Below, in pieces: positions 38,215-57,164 of a stretch of DNA of 64,000 nt. Source of the stretch: Eledone cirrhosa (lineage: Eukaryota); the NCBI GenBank assembly GCA_964016885.1, contig OZ024743.1, positions 37,882,001 through 37,946,000 of the forward strand, given 5' to 3'. The notes below the pieces were generated by a model. That model saw nothing but the letters and a program-made list of their open reading frames with translations. It ran no database searches and was not told where the DNA came from. The position numbers were made by a program, and so were the translations under genes. Numbering within the stretch: the first letter of the stretch is position 1; each line of letters begins with the position of its first letter.

Positions 38215-38385
38215 ACATGGACACACTAGAAGAGGATGACCAAGGTTAACATATGTTGATGCCCTAAGGACAGACACTGGTCTGTTGGAGATGCAGGATA
38301 TGGCAGCGATAATGAGGGACAGAGACCGCTGGAGTGAACTCGTCCATGGATCTCTGGAATTTTACCCGCCTTAGATAGATAGAGA
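38215..38385 (+). mobile_element. RTE-type LINE extreme 3' fragment
   Basis: Translates GHTRRG*PRLTYVDALRTDTGL..MRDRDRWSELV, followed by a (TAGA)n tail. Confidence 0.7.
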
Positions 38386-38389
38386 GATA

Positions 38390-39150
38390 TATGAATAAAA
38401 TTAGTCACTCATCAGTGATCTTCCAGCCTTCATTGGTTTTTCATCGCTTTAAAGATCATATACATCTGGTTGGTGGGACAACGGCTAAAGAAAGTCGTTG
38501 TGACACGTAAAATAGGGTGAAACGAGCGAGACATGTAAACAAACAAAGATGGTAATGCAGCGAAAAATGAGGAAGGAGTCGAGTCTCTGAAATCTATGAA
38601 CTTAAGTTCTGTGAAATCGTAGACGAGAGATAAAGACCATCCGACCTGGGTGAAATGAGAGCGAGAACAGGATTTCACACAGGTCAAACGGGAGGAAGTG
38701 AGGGACAGGGAGTAGCAGAGAGTGAGTGAGTGAAAGTGTGAGGAAGAGGCCAGCTGAGAGAGTGACTGGCAGAGATGGTAAAAAGAAAGTGAGAGATACA
38801 GAGAAAGGGGAAGCAGTAAGAAAGGAACAGACGGGTCACAGCGGAGGAAAAAATATAAATATAGGAAAAAATATGGCGTGCTGCGTGGTTGCAAATGGGT
38901 TACATATGAATAAAATTAGTCCCTCATCAGTGATCTTCCAGCCTTCATTGGTATTTCATTGCTTTAAAGATCATATACCTCATCCCAATCCCCACCCTCT
39001 TCTACCATCAGAGAAGAAAATATATAAATACCACTACTTACTTGGACAGTCAGCTCCCAGATGATTTATCAAGAATGAAACAGTTCTAGTCCTGTAGAAG
39101 CTCTTCTATACTAAGACTGTCAGTTCTAGTCCTGTAGAATCTCTTCTATA
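38390..39150 (+). mobile_element. Naiad terminal-repeat relic with ~75-bp direct repeats and a decayed HHR
   Basis: Direct repeat 38390-38463 / 38904-38977. cagatgatttatcaagaatgaaacagttctagtcctgtagaa at ~39058-39099 matches 48901-48942. Confidence 0.7.
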
Positions 39151-39191
39151 TATATATATGTATATAGAAGTGGTAACACAACAGTTAGTTC

Positions 39192-39310
39192 ATAATTGTT
39201 TCTACTTTTTGGCACAAGGCCAGCTATTAACCAGTACATTACTGGTACTTTATTTGATCGACCCCGTAAGGATGAAAGGCAAAGTTAACCTCGGCGGGAT
39301 TTGGACTCAG
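39192..39310 (-). mobile_element. tRNA-derived SINE, 5'-truncated
   Basis: Reverse complement of the SINE body; followed by three 20-bp tandem repeats (39309-39369). Confidence 0.8.
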
Positions 39311-39659
39311 TTAGTTCATAATGAGAACAGTTAGTTGATAATGAGAACAGTTAGTTCATAATGAGAACAATTGTTTCACCTTAGCGGATCTTCAGCTACC
39401 AACCGTAGTGTTTACTGGAGTAAAGTTCTATCCATGTGTCAATTAGCGAAATCAGGATTCACGCATCCCCCACGAAATTAGTGTTGTAAATGAACAATAG
39501 GTTAACCCCTCATGTGTGTTGTGTTGATCTGTACCAAACGTAGTCTCTGCGTAGCTAGAATCCAGCAGATAGTGGCAGCAATAAACGGATCTCTGAAGGA
39601 GGGTGAGGTATATATTTTGTTGACAGCCACATTCAAGACAAAAGCTACAACAATATATA

Positions 39660-39727
<68 letters not shown>

Positions 39728-39901
39728 GAGAGAGAGGGGGATGGAGAGAGAGATAGAGAGAGTGGGAGTAAGGTAGTTAGACACAAATATATATATAGAC
39801 AGATGTAATACTCAATATTCTGTGTTAAAATTGAAATGTCAACTAATGAAATACCGATTAACCTTTTGACTAATGTTTTCCCAATATTACGTATTAATTC
39901 A

Positions 39902-40095
39902 GGGGCGGTGGATTGGCAGAATCGGTAGAGCGTCGGACTCCATGCTGTGCAGCATTGAGTTACGGCCCTATATGATCTGAGTTCAAATATTCGCCGAGGT
40001 TACCTTTGCCCTTCATCCTTACGAGTCGATAAAATAAAGTACCAGTAACGTACTGGGATTGATTTAATCGACTTTCCGCTCCCCCAAAATTACGT
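39902..40095 (+). mobile_element. tRNA-derived SINE (octopus-type)
   Basis: ggcggtggattggcagaatcggtagagcg..ctgagttcaaat..gccgagg..gtcgataaaataaagtaccag. Confidence 0.85.
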
Positions 40096-40171
40096 ACTAA
40101 TTCAAATGGTTGTTTGTGATTTTCACTAATACAAGACATACAGATTTTGAGAAGGAGAACCTCTCTCTGTC

Positions 40172-40290
40172 TCTGGCTGAGTGGTTAGAGAATTGGATTC
40201 GCAATCGTGAGCTTGTGAGTTTAATTCTCGGACTGGGTGATGCGTTAAGTCCTTGGGCATGACACTTTATTTCACGTTGTTCCTTCTACC
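40172..40290 (+). mobile_element. Second tRNA-derived SINE family, decayed
   Basis: tggctgagtggttagag (box A) .. gagtttaattc (box B-like) .. gtccttgggcatgacacttta. Confidence 0.6.
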
Positions 40291-40381
40291 TGGCGTTGCG
40301 ACCGATAGATAGTATTAGCAATTGGAAAGAGCAATTGAAACCTTGTTTCCTGAGTCCGATTTGACAAAATTAGATCGACTG

Positions 40382-40438
<57 letters not shown>

Positions 40439-41482
40439 GCACATTATGTCAGATGAATCCGGTTGTATGGATATATAGGAAAAATTATATACCATCCTGT
40501 TTGATTCTTGTGTTGTTTTTTTTACCATAACGCGTGGAATAATTTAATCTGAGATTTATTTAACATTTGTAAATAGTGAAAATTTTAACAAATATCAACA
40601 ACCAAAAAACAAAGACAAAAGAACAAAAACTGGATTCCATGAGAAAACCTAGATGTGATCGCTTAACATGGTAGATACTGCGGTGTATTTACTTCAATTC
40701 TCATTTCACTTCCTAAAATAAACGAAGTTCTCTTTGGTCAAGGAAATTCTAGATATAAATAACAAAATTAGTACCATATGCATGAAGTGCATTTGATCCT
40801 GCATCTGCCTGATCAATGCCGAATGTAGAGTAAGGTTATTAACATATTTCAAATACGTATAGGCGCTTTTCTTAATGGATAGATTGTTCATTGCTGATCA
40901 TAAAGAAAGGAAGCGGTGGAAGAATTTATTCAATGTTTAGAGGTCTTGTTCTTAAACCAGATGACCGATTAAGTCTATCATCAGTATTTGAAATTAAATC
41001 AAAAACCTCTGGAACGAATACCACAAATATCTGCACAACACTCACTCCAATAATACCAATAAATCACCACCCCGCACAGGAAAGGATGAAAAGCCACGTT
41101 CATCTTTGCTGCAGAAGAAATGCGCTCTAATGACTTGTTACATTAATGTCAACATTTGACGAAGTGTTCAGTATTTAGAGGAAACCTCCACAACAGCCAC
41201 TCATCAGGTTCTCTGTTAAGCTCAAACGATATAACAATACTTATATTCAACGTAGATCGACTTGTCATAATAGATGATTACAGGCGTAGACGTGACATGA
41301 AGAAATATATCATTAGCTTGCAAGATATATATCAAATCTTTATTGAGGTCGAATCTTGTATAAGTTAGTTTCATTGTTGTTTAGCCTGGATGAACCCCAA
41401 TTAAATAGAACTATGATGAAAGAGCTTCTAACCGTAAATACACTATTTTTTCAATCTCTCTCTCTCTCTCTCTCTCATACAG

Positions 41483-42267
<785 letters not shown>

Positions 42268-42349
42268 GTTATTCCGGGTTGAATCGGAGGTAACCACAGT
42301 AAGTAAGGTACTCAATACATAGCAGAGTATAAAAGTTTTAATATAGATG

Positions 42350-42400
42350 AGATTCTACAGGACTAGAACTGTTTCATTCATTAGAAATCATCAGGAATCT
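42350..42400 (-). ncRNA. Type I hammerhead ribozyme near the 3' end of Naiad 2
   Basis: Exact mirror of 48895-48945. Confidence 0.8.
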
Positions 42401-43479
42401 GGGTATCAAAAAATAAAAATGGTATTTATAGGTCTCTACAAGTGGTAGGAGAGGGTGGGGAGTGGGATGGGTGTAGGTCATTGGTTGATAGAAAAGGGAA
42501 TTCATTAAAAGCTAATTCTACAAAGCTATAGTTTATTTTTATTTTTATTTATTTATGTTTTTATAGTAACAAGGGCAGACAGAATTCTATAAACAGATTC
42601 CGGATGGCATACCATTCCTTGTCATTAAGTTTCTCTTAAGCTAACAGATGTCTATAAAATCAGTTGGGGTCAGTCATGGTCGATAGAATTAAAGAAAAGG
42701 GAGATTCTTTAAAAGCTAAAATCATTAAGGTTCTACTAAGTGACAAAGGTCTAGAGAATTCTGTAGACAGATTCAAAATACTGAGTGCATATCTTACAAT
42801 TATCTTCGAACTTCTCTTAAACTAATCAACTATATGCCAAAAATCAACAGACACATTCACAAAAAAACATACTCACTCACACACTTACGCGCAACCATAA
42901 ACACAAACACAAACACAAACACATATACACACATAAAAACACACACACATATATAAAAATATATTTATATACATACATATACATACACACATACATACAT
43001 ACATACATATATATATATATACACACACATATATATATACATACACACACACATATACATATATACACACACACACACACACATATATACACATATAAAT
43101 ACACTCACACACATACATACAAACACAAATATACATGTGTATACATATACACACAAATACATATAGATATATATACATATATATACACAGATATATATAT
43201 ACACACATACATATAATAATATATATAAAAATATACATATATATATATATACACATACATACATACAGATACATATACACACACACATGTATACATATAT
43301 ATATATATACACATATATACATACACACACACATATATATATATATATAAAAAACACATACACACACAAATATACATATTCACACACATACACACAAACA
43401 CACACACACATATATATACATATACATATATATACATATTCATATATATAACCATATTCATATATACATATATACACAC

Positions 43480-43510
<31 letters not shown>

Positions 43511-43614
43511 AACAAATATATACACATACAAACACACACACATACAAACACACATACAAACATACATATACACATATATATATAAACATATATATATACA
43601 TATATACACGTATG

Positions 43615-43682
<68 letters not shown>

Positions 43683-43881
43683 TATATATATACATATACA
43701 TATATACACATATACACACACATACACATACACATATATACACATACACACACACATACATACATATATATATACATACATATACACACACATATATATA
43801 CACGCACACACATATACACATATATATATACACACACACACATACACATGCATATGTATAAATATTTATATATATATATAT

Positions 43882-43921
<40 letters not shown>

Positions 43922-44014
43922 ATATATATACAAATATACACATACATACACAGACCTATACATAAATATACACATATATATACAGACATATAACGCATAT
44001 ATACACACATATAT

Positions 44015-44064
<50 letters not shown>

Positions 44065-44113
44065 GCATACACACATACACACACACAAATATATATACAC
44101 ACTCCCTCTCACG

Positions 44114-44155
<42 letters not shown>

Positions 44156-44228
44156 CACATATACATATATATATATATATATACATATACACATATATAC
44201 ACATATACACATATATATATATATATAT

Positions 44229-44262
<34 letters not shown>

Positions 44263-44351
44263 CTATATCCATACATATATACACATACATACACATACAC
44301 ACACATATATATATATACACACACATATATATACACACCTGCCCACACAAC

Positions 44352-44393
<42 letters not shown>

Positions 44394-44408
44394 TACACAT
44401 ACACACAT

Positions 44409-44439
<31 letters not shown>

Positions 44440-44442
44440 CAT

Positions 44443-44493
<51 letters not shown>

Positions 44494-44500
<7 letters not shown>

Positions 44501-44827
44501 AAGTTAAATAAAAGTCAAATGATTAAAATTTAGCTTCGTTTATTACTGCTATATATATTTCAGTGACAGCCATCTTTGGCTGCGACCTCTTCAGGCAGTT
44601 TGAATTAGTATGGTATACTAATTCAAACTGCCTGAAGAGGTCGCAGCCAAAGATGGCTGTCACTGAAATATATATAGCAGTAATAAACGAAGCTAAATTT
44701 TAATCATTTGACTTTTATTTAACTTTATTTTACACTACTCCGGAGTAACCAAACCAACCTGCGCACTTCGTCGTGTGCTCCAGCCTGCATACTGAGGTGT
44801 TGGTATACAACCAACATAAACTCAAAA

Positions 44828-44828
<1 letters not shown>
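44494..44828 (+). mobile_element. Fold-back element, family B, nested in the left arm of Naiad 2
   Basis: Perfect ~118-bp arms 44494-44611 and ~44615-44732 with a tiny loop, plus unpaired tail 44733-44828; absent from the right arm. Confidence 0.93.
44627..44681 (+). ncRNA. Minimal type I hammerhead with palindromic stem III
   Basis: ACTGC-CTGAAGA-GGTcGCAGCCA(aaga)TGGCTGTcACT-GAAA-TATATA-TA-GCAGT. Confidence 0.75.
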
Positions 44829-44876
<48 letters not shown>

Positions 44877-45317
44877 ATACACATACATATATACATAAAC
44901 ATACATACATACATACACATACATACATACATACATACATACATACATACATACACACACATACACATATATATACATATATATATATATATATACATAT
45001 ATATATACACATATATACATACATATACATACATAAATATACACACATAAAAAACACATATACACACAAACATATATATATATATATATATACACATACA
45101 CATACATATACACACATACAAACAAATATATACACATACAAATAAATAGGTACTCAATAAATATACGCATATACGCAGGCACATAAAGACACCTCTACAG
45201 GCAGAAAATGTAGATACGAAAGAGGTACTCACATAACCATAGTGGCCGTATTACAGGTTGAGGAGGGGTGGGGTAGGGTGGGGAGGAGGTATAGGGGCCA
45301 ATAGGGGGAGGTCGTTT

Positions 45318-46441
45318 TTAGCCATCGGGCTTTAACACTGGCTTAAAGTGTTTGAAAGTTGCAAAGTTCTTGTGCATGCAGTTCGGGCAGTGTTCAGAGA
45401 GTTTGTTCAGTAGCGGGCTCTTGGCGAATAAAATTTCGTAGCTCTCTGAAATACAAAGGTCGCAGCCCTTGTGTCCTCCGTTGTAAGAGCGCGGAGGCGA
45501 GTGTTGTCTGATTTGATTTATCCGGTCTTCTGAAGGAGTGGGTATGGGCATACCAACGGGTCTTAAAGTTGTTGGAGGTCATGCCGATGTAAGTTTTTTT
45601 GCAATCCTCGGTGCCTGAGATGACATCGCATTTGTATACGATGTCATTTGTGAGGCATTTGTTTTCAAGTGGGCATGCTTCCTTATTTAGGCAATTACAT
45701 AGAGCCCCAGTCCGGGATTGGTTTCGGAGGTGGTTGGCTTATCTAATTTAGAATTGTGGTTGGCTATATTCCTAGCTAGGTTAGGTGTGGTGGAGTAAGA
45801 CAGTCTTATAGTGTTCTTATTAAAGATGGTGTAGTACCTACGTTGTATGGGGAAGTGTAATTTCAGTAAAGTGCAGAAAATCCTAGCTATCGGAGTAGAT
45901 ACCTCTCTATTGAAGGGAGGGTTGTACCAGCTAATCTGCCTATGTCTATTCCTCCTCTGCAATCTTGCGGTGGTTTCTAGGTAAGTTATCTTATCTTTAA
46001 ATCCGCTACGGGCGAGGGCGTCATTGTAGTAGGAGGCAGATGCATTAAAAATATCTTTGTTGGCGGAGAGGCCAGATATTCTAATAGAGACGCTTTTTAC
46101 TAGGTTATCAGTGATGTTTTGGGGGTGGTTTGAATTAACATTAATATATTTAAGGGACTCGTTAGGTTTGTGGTACGGGTAATAGAGGGAAGTATCTAGG
46201 TCGAGAGTGACATCTAAGAAGTTGGCCCTAGTCAAATTAGAATCTATAGTTATACTAAATCCTAGATTAGAGAAGAAAGAGCTTAAGTTTTTCCGAAACC
46301 CATTGGTGGTTCTGGGGTTAACCTTATGCAGGGCGAAGAGGCCGTCGTCCCGGTATAAACCTCCCGTTAGGCCGGTAAAGAGGTTCTTCAGGTTATGTAG
46401 GATGTACAGGCCCACAAGGTCGCTAATTTCAGCCGAGTATG
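45318..46441 (-). pseudogene. Naiad 2 RT (partial) - Cys linker - GIY-YIG
   Basis: SAEISDLVGL, GGLYRDDGL, NFLDVTLDL, SNHP, ISWYNPPF; frameshift; CNCLNKEACPLENKCL, IVYKC..YIGMTSNNFKTRW, CDLC..LLNK..C.H; ~65-bp deletion near 45492. Confidence 0.9.
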
Positions 46442-47187
46442 ACATCGGCATGACCTCCAACAACTTTAAGACCCGTTGGTATGCCCATACCCACTCCTTC
46501 AGAAGACCGGATAAATCAAATCAGACAACACTCGCCTCCTACGTTTGGGACCTCAAAAGGAACTCCACCCCCTTCAGGCTTAAATGGAAAATACTCCAGA
46601 AAGCGCGCTCTTACAACGGAGGACACAAGGGCTGCGACCTTTGTATTTCAGAGAGCTACGAAATTTTTTCGCCAGGGGCCCGCTACTGAACAAACTCTCT
46701 GAACACTGCCCGAACTGCATGCACAAGAACTTTGCAACTTTCAAACAATTTAAGCCAGTGTTAAAGCCCGATGGCTAAAAACGACCTCCCCCTATTGGCC
46801 CCTATACCTCCTCCCCACCCTACCCCCACCCCTCCTCAACCTGTAATACGGCCACTATGGTTATGTGAGTACCTCTTTCGTATCTACATTTTCTGCCTGT
46901 AGAGGTGTCTTTATGTGCCTGCGTATATGCGTATATTTATTGAGTACCTATTTATTTGTATGTGTATATATTTGTTTGTATGTGTGTATATGTATGTGTA
47001 TGTGTATATATATATATATATATATGTTTGTGTGTATATGTGTTTTTTATGTGTGTATATTTATGTATGTATATGTATGTATATATGTGTATATATATAT
47101 GTATATATATATATATATGTGTATATATATGTGTATGTATGTGTATGTATGTATGTATGTATGTGTATGTATGTATGTATGTTTATG

Positions 47188-47252
<65 letters not shown>

Positions 47253-47303
47253 ATGTATATATATATATATATGTGTGTGTGTGTATGTGTGTATGTGTGT
47301 GTA

Positions 47304-47337
<34 letters not shown>

Positions 47338-47415
47338 GTTGTGTGGGCAGGTGTGTATATATATGTGTGTGTATATATATATATGTGTGTGTATGTGTAT
47401 GTATGTGTATATATG

Positions 47416-47460
<45 letters not shown>

Positions 47461-47489
47461 ATATATATATGTGTGTATATGTGTATATA

Positions 47490-47520
<31 letters not shown>

Positions 47521-47571
47521 GTAAATGTGTATATATATTTGTGTGTGTGTGTGTATGTGTGTATGCGTGTG

Positions 47572-47633
<62 letters not shown>

Positions 47634-48230
47634 CGTGTATATATGTATATATATATATGTATATATATATGTGTATATGTATGTTTGTATGTGTGTTTGT
47701 ATGTGTGTGTGTTTGTGTGTGTATATATTTGTTTATGTGTGTGTATATGTATATATATATATATATATGTGTGTATATATGTATATATGTATATGGTTAT
47801 ATATATGAATATGTATATATATGTATATGTATATATATGTGTGTGTGTGTTTGTGTGTATGTGTGTGAATATGTATATTTGTGTGTGTATGTGTTTTTTT
47901 TATATATATATATATGTGTGTGTATGTATATATGTGTATATATATATATATATGTATACATGTGTGTGTGCATATGTATCTGTATGTATGTATGTGTATA
48001 TATATATATATATGTATATTTTTATATATATATTATTATATGTATGGGTGTATATATATATCTGTGTATATATATATGTATATATATCTATATGTATTTG
48101 TGTGTATATGTATACACATGTATATTTGTGTTTGTATATATGTGTATGAGTGTATTTATATGTGTATATATGTGTGTGTGTGTGTATATATGTGTATGTG
48201 TGTGTGTATGTATATATATATGTGTGTGTA

Positions 48231-48308
<78 letters not shown>

Positions 48309-48894
48309 TGTGTGTATGTATATGTATGTATATAAATATATTTTTATATATGTGTGTGTGTTTTTATGTGTGTATATGTGTTTGTGTGTGTGTTTATGGT
48401 TGCGCGTAAGTGTGTGAGTGAGTATATTTTTTTGTGAATGTGTCTGTTGATTTTTGGCATATAGTTGATTAGTTTAAGAGAAGTTCGAAGATAATTGTAA
48501 GATATGCACTCAGTATTTTGAATCTGTCTACAGAATTCTCTAGACCTTTGTCACTTAGTAGAACCTTAATGATTTTAGCTTTTAAAGAATCTCCCTTTTC
48601 TTTAATTCTATCGACCATGACTGACCCCCCACTGATTTTATAGACATCTGTTAGCTTAAGAGAAACTTAATGACAAGGAATGGTATGCCATCCGGAACCT
48701 GTTTATAGAATTCTGTCTGCCCTTGTTACTCTAAAAACATAAATAAATAAAAATAAAAATAAACTATAGCTTTGTAGAATTAGCTTTTAATGAATTCCCT
48801 TTTCTATCAACCAATGACCTACACCCATCCCACTCACCACCCTCTCCTACCACTTGTAGAGACCTATAAATACCATTTTTATTTTTTGATACCC

Positions 48895-48945
48895 AGATTC
48901 CTGATGATTTCTAATGAATGAAACAGTTCTAGTCCTGTAGAATCT
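48895..48945 (+). ncRNA. Type I hammerhead ribozyme (inverted arm of Naiad 2)
   Basis: AGATTC-CTGATGA-tTTC(taat)GAAt-GAAA-CAG(ttctagtc)CTG-TA-GAATCT. Confidence 0.8.
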
Positions 48946-48965
48946 CATCTATATTAAAACCTATA

Positions 48966-49074
<109 letters not shown>

Positions 49075-49133
49075 GGGTAAACGGAATAGAAAATGCTGAC
49101 AAATTGTTCACAGTTGAAAAATGGTTTAATTAG

Positions 49134-49172
<39 letters not shown>

Positions 49173-49181
<9 letters not shown>

Positions 49182-51890
49182 GATCGAGTATCGAAAAATC
49201 GGCGCACGAGTTCACGATAAACGAAATTCGATATGAGCGGCAGAGGGCTCAATAATTCAGATGAATCAGAGCTATAACTATCGTTAAAATACCGTCACAT
49301 ATAGAACAAGTCTACAATCAACCATACGATTTAAAATCGATAAAGGAAGATTCGGGCCAAACAGATAAAAAATATCAATAAAACAATACGTCAATAATTT
49401 AAATGAATGTAAAATCATACCCGGACCCACTAGAAAGGTGTTAAATCTAGCTTCATGGGTTTCTGTAAATCCTTAGACTGTACTCTATCAGCTCACATAT
49501 AAATATAAAAGCCTACTAGAATAAGTGGAACGGAGTTTACGTTGTCAACGAGTTTTTTCCTGGCGGCAGAGGAGTCAACTAGCGGTGAAAAACGCACATG
49601 GCATTAGACAAGGGAGATGACCCCTATATCCGCGAAAACAATTCGAGTGAATGTGGAAATACACATATCGAATTAGAGTGCTCAATAGACATGTTAAAAT
49701 AAAACAAAAGCTATTCATCACTCAATAGAATCGACAAAAAATGAGCAATAAAATTAACTGGTGGATAGCTATGTCCAGAGCTAAATATATTAGAAAGATC
49801 GAGTATCGAAAAATCGGCGCACGAGTTCACGATAAACGAAATTCGATATGAGCGGCAGAGGGCTCAATAATTCAGATGAATCAGAGCTATAACTATCGTT
49901 AAAATACCGTCACATATAGAACAAGTCTACAATCAACCATACGATTTAAAATCGATAAAGGAAGATTCGGGCCAAACAGATAAAAAATATCAATAAAACA
50001 ATACGTCAATAATTTAAATGAATGTAAAATCATACCCGGACCCACTAGAAAGGTGTTAAATCTAGCTTCATGGGTTTCTGTAAATCCTTAGACTGTACTC
50101 TATCAGCTCACATATAAATATAAAAGCCTACTAGAATAAGTGGAACGGAGTTTACGTTGTCAACGAGTTTTTTCCTGGCGGCAGAGGAGTCAACTAGCGG
50201 TGAAAAACGCACATGGCATTAGACAAGGGAGATGACCCCTATATCCGCGAAAACAATTCGAGTGAATGTGGAAATACACATATCGAATTAGAGTGCTCAA
50301 TAGACATGTTAAAATAAAACAAAAGCTATTCATCACTCAATAGAATCGACAAAAAATGAGCAATAAAATTAACTGGTGGATAGCTATGTCCAGAGCTAAA
50401 TATATTAGAAAGATCGAGTATCGAAAAATCGGCGCACGAGTTCACGATAAACGAAATTCGATATGAGCGGCAGAGGGCTCAATAATTCAGATGAATCAGA
50501 GCTATAACTATCGTTAAAATACCGTCACATATAGAACAAGTCTACAATCAACCATACGATTTAAAATCGATAAAGGAAGATTCGGGCCAAACAGATAAAA
50601 AATATCAATAAAACAATACGTCAATAATTTAAATGAATGTAAAATCATACCCGGACCCACTAGAAAGGTGTTAAATCTAGCTTCATGGGTTTCTGTAAAT
50701 CCTTAGACTGTACTCTATCAGCTCACATATAAATATAAAAGCCTACTAGAATAAGTGGAACGGAGTTTACGTTGTCAACGAGTTTTTTCCTGGCGGCAGA
50801 GGAGTCAACTAGCGGTGAAAAACGCACATGGCATTAGACAAGGGAGATGACCCCTATATCCGCGAAAACAATTCGAGTGAATGTGGAAATACACATATCG
50901 AATTAGAGTGCTCAATAGACATGTTAAAATAAAACAAAAGCTATTCATCACTCAATAGAATCGACAAAAAATGAGCAATAAAATTAACTGGTGGATAGCT
51001 ATGTCCAGAGCTAAATATATTAGAAAGATCGAGTATCGAAAAATCGGCGCACGAGTTCACGATAAACGAAATTCGATATGAGCGGCAGAGGGCTCAATAA
51101 TTCAGATGAATCAGAGCTATAACTATCGTTAAAATACCGTCACATATAGAACAAGTCTACAATCAACCATACGATTTAAAATCGATAAAGGAAGATTCGG
51201 GCCAAACAGATAAAAAATATCAATAAAACAATACGTCAATAATTTAAATGAATGTAAAATCATACCCGGACCCACTAGAAAGGTGTTAAATCTAGCTTCA
51301 TGGGTTTCTGTAAATCCTTAGACTGTACTCTATCAGCTCACATATAAATATAAAAGCCTACTAGAATAAGTGGAACGGAGTTTACGTTGTCAACGAGTTT
51401 TTTCCTGGCGGCAGAGGAGTCAACTAGCGGTGAAAAACGCACATGGCATTAGACAAGGGAGATGACCCCTATATCCGCGAAAACAATTCGAGTGAATGTG
51501 GAAATACACATATCGAATTAGAGTGCTCAATAGACATGTTAAAATAAAACAAAAGCTATTCATCACTCAATAGAATCGACAACAAATGAGCAATAAAATT
51601 AACTGGTGGATAGCTATGTCCAGAGCTAAATATATTAGAAAGATCGAGTATCGAAAAATCGGCGCACGAGTTCACGATAAACGAAATTCGATATGAGCGG
51701 CAGAGGGCTCAATAATTCAGATGAATCAGAGCTATAACTATCGTTAAAATACCGTCACATATAGAACAAGTCTACAATCAACCATACGATTTAAAATCGA
51801 TAAAGGAAGATTCGGGCCAAACAGATAAAAAATATCAATAAAACAATACGTCAATAATTTAAATGAATGTAAAATCATACCCGGACCCAC
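49173..51890. repeat. Tandem array of a 615-bp non-coding unit (~4.4 copies) inserted in (TA)n
   Basis: tagaaagatcgagtatcg recurs at 49176, 49791, 50406, 51021 and 51636; copies are near-identical. Confidence 0.97.
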
Positions 51891-54622
<2,732 letters not shown>

Positions 54623-54627
54623 TTTGT

Positions 54628-55333
<706 letters not shown>

Positions 55334-55349
55334 CTCCCAAAGTATAACA

Positions 55350-55386
<37 letters not shown>

Positions 55387-55387
<1 letters not shown>

Positions 55388-55620
55388 TTCGTTTCTGAAT
55401 TTGTTTAGTAAGATTCTTTATCTGAAATCGTGTGTTGAAACCGATATTGTTATACTTTGGGAGGGTCATGTTGCCAATAAGAAACACACGCACCAGGTGC
55501 TTTCACTTCAATTTATTATTATAATAAATTTATTATAAATTTATTATAATAATTAATTGAAGTGAAAGCAACTGGTGCGTCTGTTTCTTATTGGCAACAT
55601 GACCCTCCAAAAGTATAACA

Positions 55621-55624
<4 letters not shown>
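55387..55624 (-). mobile_element. Short fold-back element, family A (no HHR retained)
   Basis: Tail 55387-55443 as at 37513; arms ~55444-55530 and ~55545-55624. Confidence 0.88.
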
Positions 55625-55654
<30 letters not shown>

Positions 55655-55702
55655 GTACATATATATTTGTACATATATATATATATACATATATATATAT
55701 GC

Positions 55703-55735
<33 letters not shown>

Positions 55736-55995
55736 CATATATATATGTATATATAGATATATATATATATAGAAAGAGAGAGAGAGATCAGAGCAAACAG
55801 CACAGACACTCTATCTCAAAATTATTTTTGAAAAGCATTTAGAAATGCGCAACCGGTAAAAACTTAAAAACTTAAAACCACAACTGAATACTAACCCATA
55901 CAATCACTAATACTCTCTTATTCCTAATTAAACCATTTTTCAACTGTGAACAATTTGTCAGCATTTTCTATTCCGTTTACCAATATATATGTGTA

Positions 55996-56026
<31 letters not shown>

Positions 56027-56029
56027 GTG

Positions 56030-56229
<200 letters not shown>

Positions 56230-56796
56230 GATATATGTATATATATCTATATATATATGTAGGAGGTGAGTTTTATTGTAGTACAATAAAGCAATGCAGA
56301 TTTTGACGTTAGAATATTCATCCGCAATTCATTATTCTATTCTCTGTATCATCAAACTTTTTAATCTCAATACATATTAACTCCCTCTCCTTCTTCGTAC
56401 ATATTTTTCCCTTCGCTAATTTTCAAATTCTTTTAATTCATACATTATCTTCCAACGGTTTTCAACCTCTCTATGTAAAACAATATATCTTTCTCAGTTA
56501 TAAAAACTATCTCTTTCTCTCTATCACCCATCTCTCTCTCTCCACCTTCACTCTCATCTCCTCCCCTTTTTTTCACCCCCCCCTCTCTAAATAAAATATT
56601 TTTCCCAATATCACACATCAATCTAAAACTACTTCTCATATGTTGATTTAAAACTGCACTATCCACAAGTGTTTTTTAGCCTTCATATCATGTCCTGTTT
56701 TATCTGATGAAAACACAAATATAATTGCATGATGATGTTTGTTTTTGAAATGCGCATAATAAAATACATGGAACTCCTTTAACCATCTTTTGATCT

Positions 56797-56936
<140 letters not shown>

Positions 56937-56941
56937 CTATA

Positions 56942-57023
<82 letters not shown>

Positions 57024-57045
57024 TGTATGTATATGTATATATATG

Positions 57046-57155
<110 letters not shown>

Positions 57156-57164
57156 TATAACTTT

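Noticed and set aside
39902-39990. tRNA gene
   Set aside because: It has A/B boxes but no cloverleaf and continues into a multi-copy SINE body.
40700-41360. Unique-looking stretch with a hydrophobic minus-strand frame (IGIIGVSVVQIFVVFVP)
   Set aside because: Short, stop-interrupted and with no recognisable family; BLASTX would be needed.
49173-51890. CRISPR array or rDNA/snRNA tandem
   Set aside because: The units are wholly identical with no spacers, and I recognised no 5S, tRNA or snRNA sequence.
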